A stretch of 64,000 nucleotides of DNA from Nageia nagi (taxonomy: Eukaryota > Plantae > Pinophyta), in assembly GCA_050084985.1 (NCBI GenBank), contig JBITNC010000001.1, positions 138,508,001 to 138,572,000 of the forward strand. The letters are read 5' to 3'. The notes beneath the pieces are model-generated. The model did no database searches, was not told the DNA's origin, and was given only the letters and a program-made list of their open reading frames with translations. Of the stretch, positions 1-13,245 are shown one piece after another. A program made the translations under genes and the position numbers. Each line of letters begins with the position of its first letter. Position 1 is the first letter of the stretch.

Positions 1-159
1 GGAGGTACAGGTGGCTATTTGCACTTATCTTTATAAAAAAATTATAAATATTGGAGAGCTTACCCATAATTTATTTTTTTATTAAAAAATTTAGGCTAAA
101 TGGTACAACATCTGAGGTTCAAATTTTTGAAATATTTAAACATTAAAAAACCTTATATT

Positions 160-2290
160 AACCAATTGGCAAATATTCACCACTATGCATAACATTGCTA
201 TACAACCTCTTTAGCTTGTCCATTCAGATTTGATGGGTGCATTTCAGACTAAATTTTGCAAGAGAGCATCTTATATCTTGACCTTCATTGATGAATTTAG
301 TAGGATGACATTTGGTTATATACTTGAGTATAAGGATCAAACTTTTAATAGGTTAAAATATTTCAAAGCCTTAGTTGAAATTAATCTAACTTCAAAATTA
401 AGATGCTAAGATATGAAAAATAGAGGTGAATATAATAACAATGAGTTCAATGTCTATTGTAACAAATATGATATCAAGAGGTAATTCATGATCCCTTACA
501 TACATCAATAAAATAAAGTTAACAAAATAAAGAATAAAACTATTCAAGAAATGGTTAGGTGTATGTTAGGAAATATTCCTAGTTTCTTATAGGGTAAAAT
601 TGTGAACACTATGATCTACACCTTGAATAGGTTCCCTATGAAATTAGTTGAAGGTAAAATCTTATATGAGGTATGAATGAGAAAAAAACCTAACATTTAT
701 CACTTTTATATTTTTGGTTATGATGCCTATGGCTTAATTTGTTTTGAGAAAAGAAAGAAGATGGAAAAGATATCCAAAAAGTACATCTTCATGGGCTAGG
801 ATTATCAACATAGTGGCTCTAAGCTCTAGTCTCCTTCCTTTAAAGTAGTTTTCATCTTGAGGTATGTAAAGATAAATTAACTTCCTAAGGAATATGATTC
901 TTGCAAGGAATTGAATAATCTTGATGACTCTTTTGTTGCACCTAACTAGTTAGATATAAATGTAAATAAGTCACCTTAGGGGTAGAATTCTCCAACATAA
1001 AAGATAACAATAAGTATGATCTTAAATAATTTTGTTTTCAAAATTGATAGTAATAATGAGCCCTCATCATTCAAGGAAGCTTTGAAGAATGAATACTAGA
1101 TGGAAGCCATGAAAGTGGAGTATGAGTCTCTAATGAAAAATCAAACTTAGGACTTGGTTTTCTCTCCCAATGAATGAAATGTGATTGGAAATAAGTGGAT
1201 TTACAAGGTAAAATATAATTAAATTAGAGAAATTGATAAATATAAGGCAAGGTATGTAGCTAAGTGTTTCACTTAGAAATATAGATTTGATTATGAGGAA
1301 ACCTTTGATCTAGTGGTAAGATGCCCATAATTAGAGTAATCCTTACTCTCTCAACAACTCAGTGATGGAAAGTTTTTCAACTTAATATCAATAGTGCTTT
1401 TCTCAACTATGATTTATATGTGGAAATCTATATGAATCAACTAGAAGGCTTTGTTATGATAGGTAAAGAGTCCCTTATGTACAATATAAAGAAGTCTTGT
1501 ATGGACTTAAACAAGCACCTAAAGCTTGGTATAAAAAGCTTTCAGGATACTTTGCAAAAATTAGATTCTTTAAGTGATTCTTGAATTTATATCTATATGT
1601 GCTCAAATAGGGATAAGACTTAGTATTGATTCTTCTTTATGTGGATGATCTTCTAATCATAGGAAATAATGATGAAATTAGCCAAGAGTCCATATCCAAA
1701 TGTAAGGCAATATTTGGAATGATTGATATTGGTCTCTTGCACTACTACCTTGATATGCAAGTATACCAATATAAATATTGTACTTACATTATTCAATTTA
1801 AGTATATCTTAGAAATGTTACAAAAGTTTGGAAAGAAGGAGTGGAAACTTATTGTGATCCTAGTATCTCATGGAATCACCCTACTAATTGGAATTCTTCT
1901 TTATTTAATTATGTCTAGGCTAAATATTTTCTTTGCAATAAATAATATACGATGATTTATGTAAAAATTATATGTTGAGCACCTCAATGATGTTAAGTAA
2001 ATCTTAAGGTATGTTGTAGGAATGAAGGATCTTGCTCTTAACTATTCCAAGTTTTTCTCATTTATTCTCTTAGGGTACTCAGATTTTGACTATGAGAGAG
2101 ATCAAGATGATAGAAAATCAACTTTTTCTTATATGTTTAGTAATAGTATAGGTGCTATCTCTTGGGCTTATAAGAAGTAGCCTACTACTACTCTCTCCAC
2201 CATAGAGGAAAAATATCAAGCCATGTTAATCATGGCCCAGGAAGCCATTTGGTTTAGGCATCTTCTGAAAGAAATTAGGTATGACCAAAC
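160..2290 (+). mobile_element. Degenerate Ty1/copia pol relic (integrase-RT-RNase H), copy 1
   Basis: Manual translation gives integrase LVHSDLMGAFQ and YILTFIDEFSR, RT IGNKWIYKVK..KYKARYVAK, YGLKQAPKAWY and YVDDLL (ORF 1626-1955), and RNase H GYSDFDY..DDRKST, AISWA.KK and EAIWFRHLL. The INT-RT-RH order is copia-type. Many stops and frameshifts; no LTR visible. Confidence 0.95.
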
Positions 2291-2299
2291 TCACCCATA

Positions 2300-3327
2300 A
2301 TAGACTCACTTCTTAAATATTAGGTAAATGACATCTAGTTTTCTCCTCACTTTCCCTCAAGAATAACATAGGCAATGAAAGGAATATATGGAGGGGTGAA
2401 CCATACAAAATAGAATGCCATTTTTTTTCAACCTATGACTCATATTGGGTATCACCTTTCTTTCCCCTATCTTGGATGATACTTAGGAAAGTTGGATGCA
2501 CTTAAAAATTTCTCTAATGTGCTTCATCATTTATCTAGAAAAAGGTTGGTATTGCTAGCCCATAATAATGAGTTGAGGATTCATTCACTTAACCAATGTT
2601 TCCTAGGAGCAATCAGTCATGGAGAGAAATGGGGCTAGATTGGATTTGAAGGTGGGCTTCATCTTGATGCTTGTACCATTCCAAGGCTCTTTAGGCTACT
2701 TTAGGTTCACTTTTAATTAATGGCTAAGTGCCTTGCTCACCATAAAAGATTCATTCGATCTGATAAATAATTAAAGCATAAATGTCTCTTATATACTATG
2801 TCCAATCTATTTCTCAATTCAACATCTCTACCGTAACTAAATATCCATATTAGGTACCTTAATATGTGTCGCTAGTGAGCTCTAGATACGATCTTGCATC
2901 TCAATCATAAACATATTTGGATATTGTACCCTATTAATACAAATATAAGAGTTAGGATGGGGAAAAAATTATTTCTCTTCAATATCAGGTTGGATTATTA
3001 TTAGAGATCATTAGAACTATGCTTTATGTGAGTTCACCCTATCAATCCATGGAATGCATTGAGAAGCACTCCTTAGGGTGGTCACTATCTGAGCAATACA
3101 AATCACCTTTTTTAATGGTCATAGGGATAGATACATTCCTCTACATTACATAAGAAATGGTATGGGCAATAAGAGCTATGAGGATTTCCATGGGTCTCAT
3201 TATGAACCAAAATGGATTGATTCTCATTAAACAATATTGTTCAAAAAATAAGATTTTGAATTTGACCATGTGAAATGGTATGACATGTAATTGAATCCAT
3301 CTAACTTGCTAAGGCAATCCATACAAG
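2300..3327 (-). mobile_element. Unclassified repeat, probably a decayed L1-type LINE ORF2 (AP-endonuclease) fragment, fused to the copia relic
   Basis: Minus strand reads YHFTWSN (ORF 3227-3457), followed by RID-like and SD.DHP-like motifs as in the C-terminal half of L1 endonucleases. Very decayed. The same sequence occurs at ~35550-36560, ~38370-39380 and ~57960-58930. Confidence 0.4.
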
Positions 3328-3427
3328 NNNNNNNNNNNNNNNNNNNNNNNNNNNNNNNNNNNNNNNNNNNNNNNNNNNNNNNNNNNNNNNNNNNNNNNNN
3401 NNNNNNNNNNNNNNNNNNNNNNNNNNN
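3328..3427. other. Assembly gap (100 N)
   Basis: Run of exactly 100 N. Confidence 1.
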
Positions 3428-4539
3428 CAATCTTTTGACATCATCTACTAAGAGCATGAGCTTTTATCTTTGATCGTTGGCACTTATTCTCACTAACTTT
3501 CATCTTGTTTTCCTTAGTTGTCAAAATTCAATCCATGGTAGTGTATTCAATCTCATAGTACCAATAGCTTTATTAGCCTACTCCTAGTATCCTAATACCC
3601 ACATTATATCAGCCTACTCCTACTACCCATAGCTCCATCAACCTACTCTCAACACACGAACACCTACAGCTCTATCGGTCAACTCCTAGCACTACCAATA
3701 CTACCTACCAACCTACCATCCAAATCCCAACACCATGGCACTTAGACCCCATTAAAGTCTTAATCTAGATCCTACATTTTGGTCGTAGTATTTACCTTCT
3801 TATGGACATCAAGACTCCTTTACTGGTATGATGTGGGTCCTATGTATACCTTTCACCTCTACTACCACATTTCCACTCTTGGCACCCATAAGTGTTGGAA
3901 AAAAATCAAATTAAGGTTGTAAGGAGTACAAGACTCATCTTGTTCTATCATGGAAACCTTAGCATAATTCAAATCAAGTCTGTGAGGACTATAGGACTCA
4001 TCATGTGCCAAGATGGTAGCAATGAATGTAGTATTTCTTTATTTTTTGATTTGAGAGGGATTAATTGATTTGTGGTGTGAGGAGTAGAAGGAGTAAAGGA
4101 CTCATCATATTTTGGTATGGAAGCAATGAATGTAGTATTTCCCTATTTTCCAATGGGAGAGGGATTAATTGATTGTGATATGAGTAGTGGGCATTTGCAT
4201 CAATAAGTAGTCAATAAACCCCCAACATTATCATCATTTGGGTTGTCTTTATTATGCAAGAGTAGACAGATGTCCTCAATACAACCCATGTGCTCACATA
4301 GTAAACCAATGGCTCAAATTAATTTCATCATCAAGCATGGTCTAAGAGTAATTAACAATAATCGATCAAAAAGTTTTCCCCTAACTCTTCAAAGAAGATG
4401 CATCTATGTAATTTTACAAGAGAAGATATGTTTCCCCAATACAACCCATGCAATTACATAGTAAATCAATGGCCCAATTTCCTTTCATCATTAGGCATGG
4501 TGTAACAACCATCATCAGCATAATTAATGGCTTCCATAA

Positions 4540-6070
4540 TAATTATGGAACTCTTTGAACGCCCTACTTAGAAATTCTTTGTGACAAGAAGAACAAACTT
4601 AATTTTCATATTTCTTAGTCTCTTATAATTTTTCATGTTGGTCATTTTGTAAATATTCTTCCAAGAAGCTTGTAGTAGTGTTCATATTGAAGTCTTCTAG
4701 ATATTTGTAAGCTTTTATTTTGTTGAAGATAGCTTAGGGAATAAGATAATGTTATTTAGATGTATCAAATTATTTACAATGCACAAATGTTTGAGTACTC
4801 TTCAATAGGTGTTTTAACAACCTTTACAATATCTGTATTTTCCTAAATATAGAGGGCAAAAGTGAATAAGGCTTCCCTCTTGAATCTTGAATACCCTTAA
4901 CCAGCCTTGAGTATTCATTAACCATTAAACTTTCCTAAGGAAAATTTGTTGTAATTATATGCTAGCTATGCTTTGAATCCCAATGGGTTTCCATTTCCAA
5001 TAACATAAAATTTCATGAAGAGAAAAGTGATGCAAAAGTCTTCTCATAACAAATGAAAATCCATAATTCTCTGACACGATCACCAATATTTTAAATTAGA
5101 ATAGAAAAATCTTCTAATTTGATGAACTCAACATCTTAGTGATGTTCATTCATACAAGGCAAGTATAGGATGTGTCTAATGTTAATATTTAACCTTTAAG
5201 CACAATGGAGAAACAAACACCCTTATCTAGTCCAATCATTATTCCATACTTTCAAATCATTAAAAGATAAAAAAAAAATGACTTTAATGAATTCAATGAA
5301 ATGCAATAGTAAAATTTGGTGCCTAAGACAATAATTATGGCTACTTGCTTAATGAGACATACCACACACCTATGACAAGAAACATTTTTACTATAATTGT
5401 AATTAATATCTTGCGCAATAACTTTTGAACTCTTTGAATGCCTTGCTAAGAAAGTCTATGTGATAAGAAGAACAAACTTGATTTTCATATTTCTTAGAGT
5501 CTTGAAGTTTGGCATGTTGGATATTTTGTAAATATGATTCCAAGAAGCTTGTAGTAATGTTGATATTGCAGTCCTCTAAATATTTATAAGCTTGATTTTG
5601 TTAAAGAGACCTTAGGGAATAGGATAATGCCTTTTATATGTATCAAATATTTCATAATGCAATAGGGTTTGAGCATTGTTTAATAGATGTTTTGATAGCA
5701 TTTAGCAATATCTATATTTTTCTCTATATAGATAGCCAGAGTGAATGAGGCTTCCCTTCTAAATCTTGGATGCCCTTAATCAGCCTTGAGTATTCATAAA
5801 CCATTAAACTCTCCCAAGGAAAATCTATTGTAATTATGTGCTACCTAGGCTTTGAATCCATGTAGGTGTCCATTTGTAATAACATAAAATTTGATGAGGA
5901 GAAACACAATGCATAGGTATCTTCACTAAAAAAGACAATTTATAATTCTGTGACATGACCCCTAACTTTTAATATTAGAATAGGTAAATCTTATGATTTA
6001 ATGAATTCATCATCCTAGTGATTCATTCATAGGAGGAAAGTATAGGAGGTGTCTAATGCTAATCATTAAT
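4540..6070 (-). repeat. Diverged direct repeat (period ~870 bp) of an unidentified degenerate coding sequence; third partial copy at ~11633-11810
   Basis: 4545-5200 aligns with 5415-6070 (e.g. aagaagaacaaactt.attttcatatttcttag, ccaagaagcttgtagta). Minus-strand frame conserves SSNFMLL..MD..WDSK..FPWESLMV.E in all three copies. Confidence 0.7.
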
Positions 6071-7173
6071 CTTTGCAAATATGTAATTAATCATGGAATT
6101 TAGTAGGTTCCTCTTGTAATATATTTTATTAATACCTTGTACTTTCATGTTTATGACTTTGAATAGAAGACTTAATGGTTCAATGTAGCCCCCTATGAGC
6201 CCCAAGTGGGACATCTCCCTCCCAAGCCTAGATTAGGAGTTATTATTGTACTTGGAGATCCATATCATGATTGTAGGAATCCCAAGTTCTATTATTACAC
6301 TTAGATGAATGGATAGACACCTACATGCATGCACCAACCTTAGGGAGACTCCTGTATCCCCATGTTGGTCCATCTTGATACCAAGACCCCAAGTATGACT
6401 CCTTGACCCATGTGGGTATGTGTGGTACTCCTATACCCTTACATTGACACTTAATGTACCCATCCTACCCACATCAAAATTTGCTTTAGAATTTACATAA
6501 AAAAAAAGGTAAAAAATTGGAAAAATAAAATAAAATGACTCATGTCAACATAGGAGGGTACAATTTAATTTCAATTTTTTTTTCATGTTTTAAGATGCAA
6601 AAAAGGATGCAAGTCATCCTTTTGGTAGTAGTACAAGGTTTGAGGAGGTCTCCTTCAATGGAGAGGATTTATATTTTGAGGGAGCATAATATCTCATAGT
6701 TTTGATATCTTTCTAGTAGTGAGAGACATTTGGTTATACCCTAGTTGGCTCCTTGGAGCCCAACATCAGCCCTATTGGGCCTAGTATTGTATTATTATCA
6801 TTTTTTATCATACATACAAATGTTATGGTATTGAATCTCATACTGTATTTTGTGTATACTTATATTATGCATATTTGGATTACCATTGCTTTTATATGTT
6901 TACATTGGCCAGATGTTGGTATTCTAGACTACTTTTCATTAATGTATGCTAGTATGGGTGAGATGTTACCATCTAGGTATTGTTAATGCTTAATACTAAA
7001 TCCCTATCTTTGACATTACCATATTTACATTATAATAACTTGAATTGGATGCCCTAAACCTAATTATGCAATATTTATGGTTCTACTTGAAATTGATTTC
7101 GTAGGCTTGACATCAAGGTTTACTTGTTTGAATTTGTTGATTATTGCTTGAGGTTGTGTTTGGACCTTAATAG

Positions 7174-7185
7174 TGGTATTAGAGC
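7174..7185 (+). promoter_or_regulatory. Primer-binding site (initiator tRNA-Met type), one C>T change
   Basis: TGGTATTAGAGC versus canonical TGGTATCAGAGC, immediately after the 5' LTR. Confidence 0.85.
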
Positions 7186-9120
7186 TTAGATCTAGCCAAA
7201 CTATGTATGAGACCTATAGTTAATTGTTGATAAACAAAATCTAGCAGTCGAATAGAGATGGCATCTACTAGGAAAAGTGAAAGGTCACATATTGAGGAGA
7301 TACCTTCAATGGCCATCCGTGAGGAGGATCATTAGTAATGGAGGAATAAGATGCAAAATTAAGGAATGTTAAAAGAGGAAGAAGAGGGGTTGAGGGATAT
7401 ATTGAGGGTCACCATTAGGAGGAAACCAACTTTGATTCTATAATCCACCCTTGAACAAAAGTTTAATGAGCTCATTTCAATAATTCATAACATGATCAAA
7501 GTTGTTACCACCATGTAGTAGTAACTAAATAGGCATATGTGGGTTCATGATGAGTTTGAGAGATAGAATAGCCTCCCACATCCTACTAAATATGATAAAG
7601 AGGAACCTCATAAGGAGGATAAGGTAGATAATGAGCTGAGCATGGGGAGGTCCTATAGTTTGAGATATCAGCAGTCGAATTACCATGGCTCTATGGGGAA
7701 TCTAGAGCCCACATTTTTTAGATCCCACTCACATCAAGAATTCTAGGGTACAAACCCTCTCCTAGTGAGATATGTGGAGAAAGTAGTTGGTAGGATGGAT
7801 GAGTAGCCTATCATTCCAAATCTATACAAACCTATATTCATGAATAAGTTTGGGAAAGTGAAAAAGAATAAGGTACTTGGTTCATTGAAGTTGAATCAAA
7901 TTTTTAGGGACTATTACATTTTGGATATAGCATTGAGAAGAGATGTCAATTTTAGAGGCTACTTAGAAATCCTAGGATTGAAAGGGATTAGTTCACATCA
8001 TCTGCATACTCCAAATAGATCATGGAATGATAACAAGGACCTACAGTAGAAGATCAATAAGATATAGGTATAAATGTATGATAGGAAGAAGATAACAACT
8101 AGAGCATGGTTGCATCACCTACAAACTTATTTTACCTTGAGCCCTAATATTATGGAGGAGTATGCAATTCATTTTGCATCTTTGTATCTTGAGGGTGATT
8201 CCCTAGAGTGGTCATAGAATGGAGTGATTGGCCATGGTTATTCACTCATCACTTCCTTTGATGATTTTTCTTGATGGTTGATCAAGAGGTTTGATCAAAA
8301 TAAGATTACATATCATTAAGGTAACATAGAGTGGTGGATAAGTATATGATAGAGTTTCAAAAGATTATAGTCATGATTCATCACATTCCTAAGGAGAGGT
8401 TGATATTCCTCTTCATTGAAGGTTTTATAGAGCCATTGCAAGGAATTGTCAAGGTATCCTCTCCTAACAACCTTGATAATGCTATTTAGGCTACTTATGA
8501 TATGGACCCAATAGTAAAATTTCTCAATGGAGGGAATACATACAAAGGGCTAGTCACATAAAAATCCTCTTTTCTATAAATATGGGCCTAGTAAAGTTAA
8601 ACCCTTTCCCCCCTTGAAAAAATTAGTTGGATGTAGCCACATGAAGGAAGGTAAGAGAGGAGGGAAAGTGCTTCTATTTCAAGAAGAATTGGGAGCCAAG
8701 GGATCATTGTCAATGCAAGGGATAGGTGTATTACATAGAGGTATTTTTAGAGGATTAGTTAGATGATATAGATTAGTATATTGAACTAGACACCCTAGAT
8801 AAGGTGGTACCTTGGGTTGAGGACACATTAGGGAGCATGATCACCTCACTACATGGGATGAACAAGTACCTCATGCTAAAGATCATGGAAAATTATGAGG
8901 ATAGGATGTGATGGTCTTGATCAATCCAAGAGCATCCCACCATTTCATCGATGTAAGATTTGTAGAACAAAAGAATCTAAAGACCTAGGGGTTTGAGAGA
9001 TTCAAATTTTCCAACACTAATGGTAACCTCACATTAGTAGATCACACTAGTGAGAGGTTTGTTGTGATATTATAGAATTGTATAGTGAGGGAGGATTTCT
9101 ACATCTACCCCTTGAAGGGG

Positions 9121-10280
9121 TATCCTCACATTATCTTAGGAGTGAAATGGTTATTCAATTTAGGTGATATTTACACCAATAATCAAAAACTCACTATGAG
9201 TTTTGAGATCAATGGGAAGACCCACACATTGCAGGGGATTAGAGATGATTATCCATAAGTAAATAATAAGTGGCTAGAATTAATTGAGTTGTGTTAGAAT
9301 AAGGAGGAAGTAGAAGATGGGTCCATGTTGAGAGAAGAGGAGGTCCAACATAAGATGAGGGGTTGTGGGGATGTTCTATACCCCTTGCTATAGCCCAAAG
9401 AGTTTAGAGGGACTATATTGGATATTAGAGGAGCTAGGTATACCATGTTAGTACTTGGAAGAGATATCCACCCATTGTTTGGTATCCAAAGGATTTATCA
9501 TTAGAAGTGGAGCATAAGAGATACTAGACATCCTATGTTGGGTACCTAGGAGACTCACCATCAAATATTGAGCCTTAGAGAGATTTTTCATCTCACATTC
9601 AACTTTAGGACAACTAGGCATCCCACATTAAGCTTTATAAAGTCTTAGCATCCCACATTGAGCCTTGGAGAGGCTAGGCTTCTTATGTTCAATTTGAAGG
9701 TATCCTCACATTATCTTGGGAGTGAAATGGATATTCAATTTGGGTGATATTTACACCAATAATCAAAAACTCATTATGAGTTTTGAGATCAATGGGAAGA
9801 CCCACACATTGCAGGGGATTAGAGATGATTATCCATAAGTAAAAAATAAGTGGCTAGAAGTAATTGAGATGTGTTATAATAAGGAGGAAGTAGAAGATGG
9901 GGCCATGTTGAGAGAAGAGGAGGTCCAACACAAGATGAGGGGAAGTGGAGACCTTCTATACCCCTTTTTATATCCCAAGGAGTTTAGAGGGACTATGTTG
10001 GATATTGGAGGAGCTAGGTATACCATGTTAGTACTTAGAAGGGATATCCACCCATTATTTGGTATCCAAAGGATTTATCATTAGAAGTGGAGCATAGGAG
10101 ATACTATACATCCTATGTTGGGTACCTAGGAGACTCACCATCAAATATTGAGCCTTAGAGTGAATTTTCATCTCACATTCAACTTCAGGACAACTAGGCA
10201 TCCCACATTGAGCTTTATAAAGTCTTAGCATCCCACATTGAGCCTTGGAGAGGCTAGGCTTCTTATGTTCAATTTGAAGG
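9121..10280 (+). repeat. Tandem duplication, 2 x 580 bp, inside the gypsy element
   Basis: 9121-9700 and 9701-10280 both begin tatcctcacattatctt and end tcttatgttcaatttgaagg. Confidence 0.97.
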
Positions 10281-13020
10281 GATTTAAGCATCTAATGGTT
10301 GGTATGAGGAGATGTTGGTTTTCCATATTGTACCTGGAATATTTTGTTCACTTGATGTTGGATTAGATGGTAATCTTGCATGCCATGTTGAGAGGTGGAG
10401 TCTTGGGATACATAGCCCATGAACAGGAAGCATGTAATCCCATGTTATGCTTGCAGGAGGATTGGATTCATTTGAAGAGTGAGAGCCTGCTTATTTTGAC
10501 TTATATATGATTTTGTTAAGGTTATTGAAGGTACATCTCCACATTAATACACATACACCTTCATGTGTGTTGAGAACTACAATGGAGCAACTAATGAGCA
10601 ATGATAGTTACAGCAAACTAGGGTGTTTTCAAGTTATATTCATGCTTTGGTATGAGGCTTTAGTAATATACATCATACTACCATATTAGATGAAGAATAT
10701 GGAAGTTGCATTTCACCTTCAACAACCACTTCTATTAGGACTAAAGGATTTTTGGCATGCATAACCCCTAGGCACCCATGTTGGATATTTTAGACCCCCA
10801 TAAGGCCAACATTGAATTAAATGAGCAAGGTGGTGACTCCTACATGAGATATGTATAGATCAAGTGTATAAAAAAAACATTGAAGCCTCATTACTAGATA
10901 TACCTAATTACTATTATACTTCATATCATATAGAGGATAAGAAGACTTAACATATCTAAGCATATCCACTAAGTACAATATCTAGGAGGGATATCAAGAT
11001 AAGGGATCCTATTCTTCTATAGTAATGGTGCAACATCCTTGCCCATCTGGTGGTATTTTGAGGTATAGTTGAACTACCTTCAATGGTTAGCCAAGGGTTG
11101 AGGAGGGATCCTTCGATCAAAAGGATTCATATTCAAAGGGAGTGTATTGTTCGATGGTTTTGATATCATTACAATAGTGAGAGGTATTCAATTATACCCT
11201 AGTTGGCTCCATGGAGGTCAACATCAGCCCTATTAGGCCTAGTATTGTATTGTTATCATTTTATATTATACATACATCCATTAGGGAATTGGATCCCATA
11301 CTTTTTATCATATATAATTATTTTATGTATCATTGGATTACCATTGCTTATATATGTTTACATTACTAAATATTGGTATTGTAGAGTGTTATTCATTGAT
11401 GTATTCTTGTATTGGCCAGCCATTACCATCTAGGTATTGTTAATACTTGATACTAAAGCCATAGCTTAGACATTGGTATATTTACATTGTAATAACTTGA
11501 AGTGGATTTCCTAGCCTTAACATTGCAATATCAAGGGTTTGTATACTTGAAATTGATACTCTAAGCCTGAGATTAGGGTTTATTAGTTTGAATTTACTAA
11601 TTATTAATTTAGTCTCTATTTATAACTTTAAACTCTTAACTAGCCTAAAGAAATCATGAACCATTAAAATATCCTAAGGAAAAGTTATTATAATTATGCT
11701 TCTCTTGGGCTTTAAATCCCAATTATTATCTAATTCTAACAACATATAATTTGATGATAAGAAAAATAATGCATAGGTCTCTTCATAAGCAATGCAAAAT
11801 CATGAATACGAAGACTTCCTTTGTACCTATGGATACTTAAATCTATAGACAAATGAGTGTGAAATGAATAGTAAAGGGTTTCCATCCTCTTATCTTCCCA
11901 TGATAAAGTAGCTCCATAGGCTAGAATGACCCCAACCTCATTAAAAATAGGTGCAGGGTGAGCAATCACACTTCAAGGTATCTCATAATCAAAAAGCACT
12001 CAAAATTGACCTAATGAAATACCACCTAGAGCACCATGTGTATCTAAATTAGGATTAACCCTTATGTCCTTCTAAACAAACTCCCTTGAGGTAGCAAAAG
12101 TTAGATAATTACCATATGCATAAGGAGAAAATGCATCTAACTAAAGCACTAATGAGTAATGGTTATTCTCTTAAATAGATTAGACATGCATGAAATAAGA
12201 TAGAAAGAGAAAAAAACAAATGAGAGACTAGACTATATTAATACTAATTCATACATAAGGGTATCCTACCTTCCTTATAACAAGTATTTAAGTTATAATT
12301 TAGCTAAAATATTAATAAAAGCATACATTAAGATAAATTTTCTTCCTCTCAATAAATTAGAGAACATGTTCATATCTATGAAGGACCATGTAGAACCCTT
12401 ATAACATACAAGTGTATATAAGATAATGTGTGAGTGTGGAACTTCATGCATTAGTGAAATAGGTAGGTCAATACATAAAAGAGTTAAAGAGCATTGCATT
12501 GATTTATAATATAATATAATAATCAAATCTACCCTTGCTGAATATGTAGATAATACTAAACACCATATACTCATGAATAGTATTGAACTCCTAGCTAGAT
12601 GTGATAAATTCCAACAATGAAGAATTAGAGAATCTATTGAAATTAAACTTAACCCTAATAATATTAATAGAGACCAAGGTGTTGAGATTATTAGGGCATG
12701 ATTACCTATTATTGACCTAATTTACAAACAATAAAAAATAATATGATACTAAAGTAGCCATAACTTTGGCATTTTAACTCAGTGTTTCATGTTCTTTACA
12801 TAATTGGAAAGATACTTTTATGTAGAATTTAACAATATTTATATTTTTAGTATTTTATAGTAAGAGGGTTGATATTGAAATTATAAAATTAAGTGTTACT
12901 TATCTCTACTTAAAGAATAAGGTTACACTTTATTTGTTTATTCAATAATTCTAAAGATGGGTCCAACAGATTGGACTCAAAACATTAATAATTCAAATTC
13001 ATATACCCTTAAGCTATGTT

Positions 13021-13245
13021 CAAAAATGATAAATACCACTAAAAATGGCATGGAAACTAACAATACATAAATCACAAGGACTTCTACTTGAAAGGAAAAC
13101 TATTGATATTGGTAACACTAAACATCAAGGACTAGCTTTCATAATTATATCTATAGTACATGCATTAAATTGTATTTACATACAACCATCTTTCCCTTTT
13201 AAAATATTGGAAAGAATGCAATTTGGTATACATGTATGTTGTTAG
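13021..13245 (+). mobile_element. PIF1-family helicase C-terminal fragment (Helitron-like relic)
   Basis: IPLKMAWKLTIHKSQGLLLE..TIDIG...GLAFIIIS.V matches the PIF1 motif PLxLAWAxTIHKSQGxTL...YVAxSRV (ORF 13045-13245). Confidence 0.8.

Larger units (their letters stand above)
6184..11632 (+). mobile_element. Non-autonomous, decayed Ty3/gypsy LTR retrotransposon (LTR-PBS-gag-protease-novel repetitive frame-LTR)
   Basis: Starts TGTAGCCCC. LTR-homologous blocks 6635-7172 and 11093-11632. Met-tRNA PBS at 7174. Gag motifs AWLHHLQTYF and LYLEGDSLEW (~8105-8215), knuckle-like REEGKCFYF..WEPRDHC (~8655-8710), protease VLINPRASHHFID (~8915-8950) and IILGVKWL. No RT, RNase H or integrase motifs seen. 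Confidence 0.88.

Noticed and set aside
3170-3230. Plus-strand DFHGSHYEP resembling an OTU protease His motif
   Set aside because: No upstream catalytic Cys motif was found, and the opposite strand fits an L1 endonuclease (FTWSN) better.
6179-11637. Target-site duplication for the gypsy element
   Set aside because: The flanks (ttcaa versus ctctt) do not match and the 3' LTR end is decayed, so the exact boundaries are unsupported.
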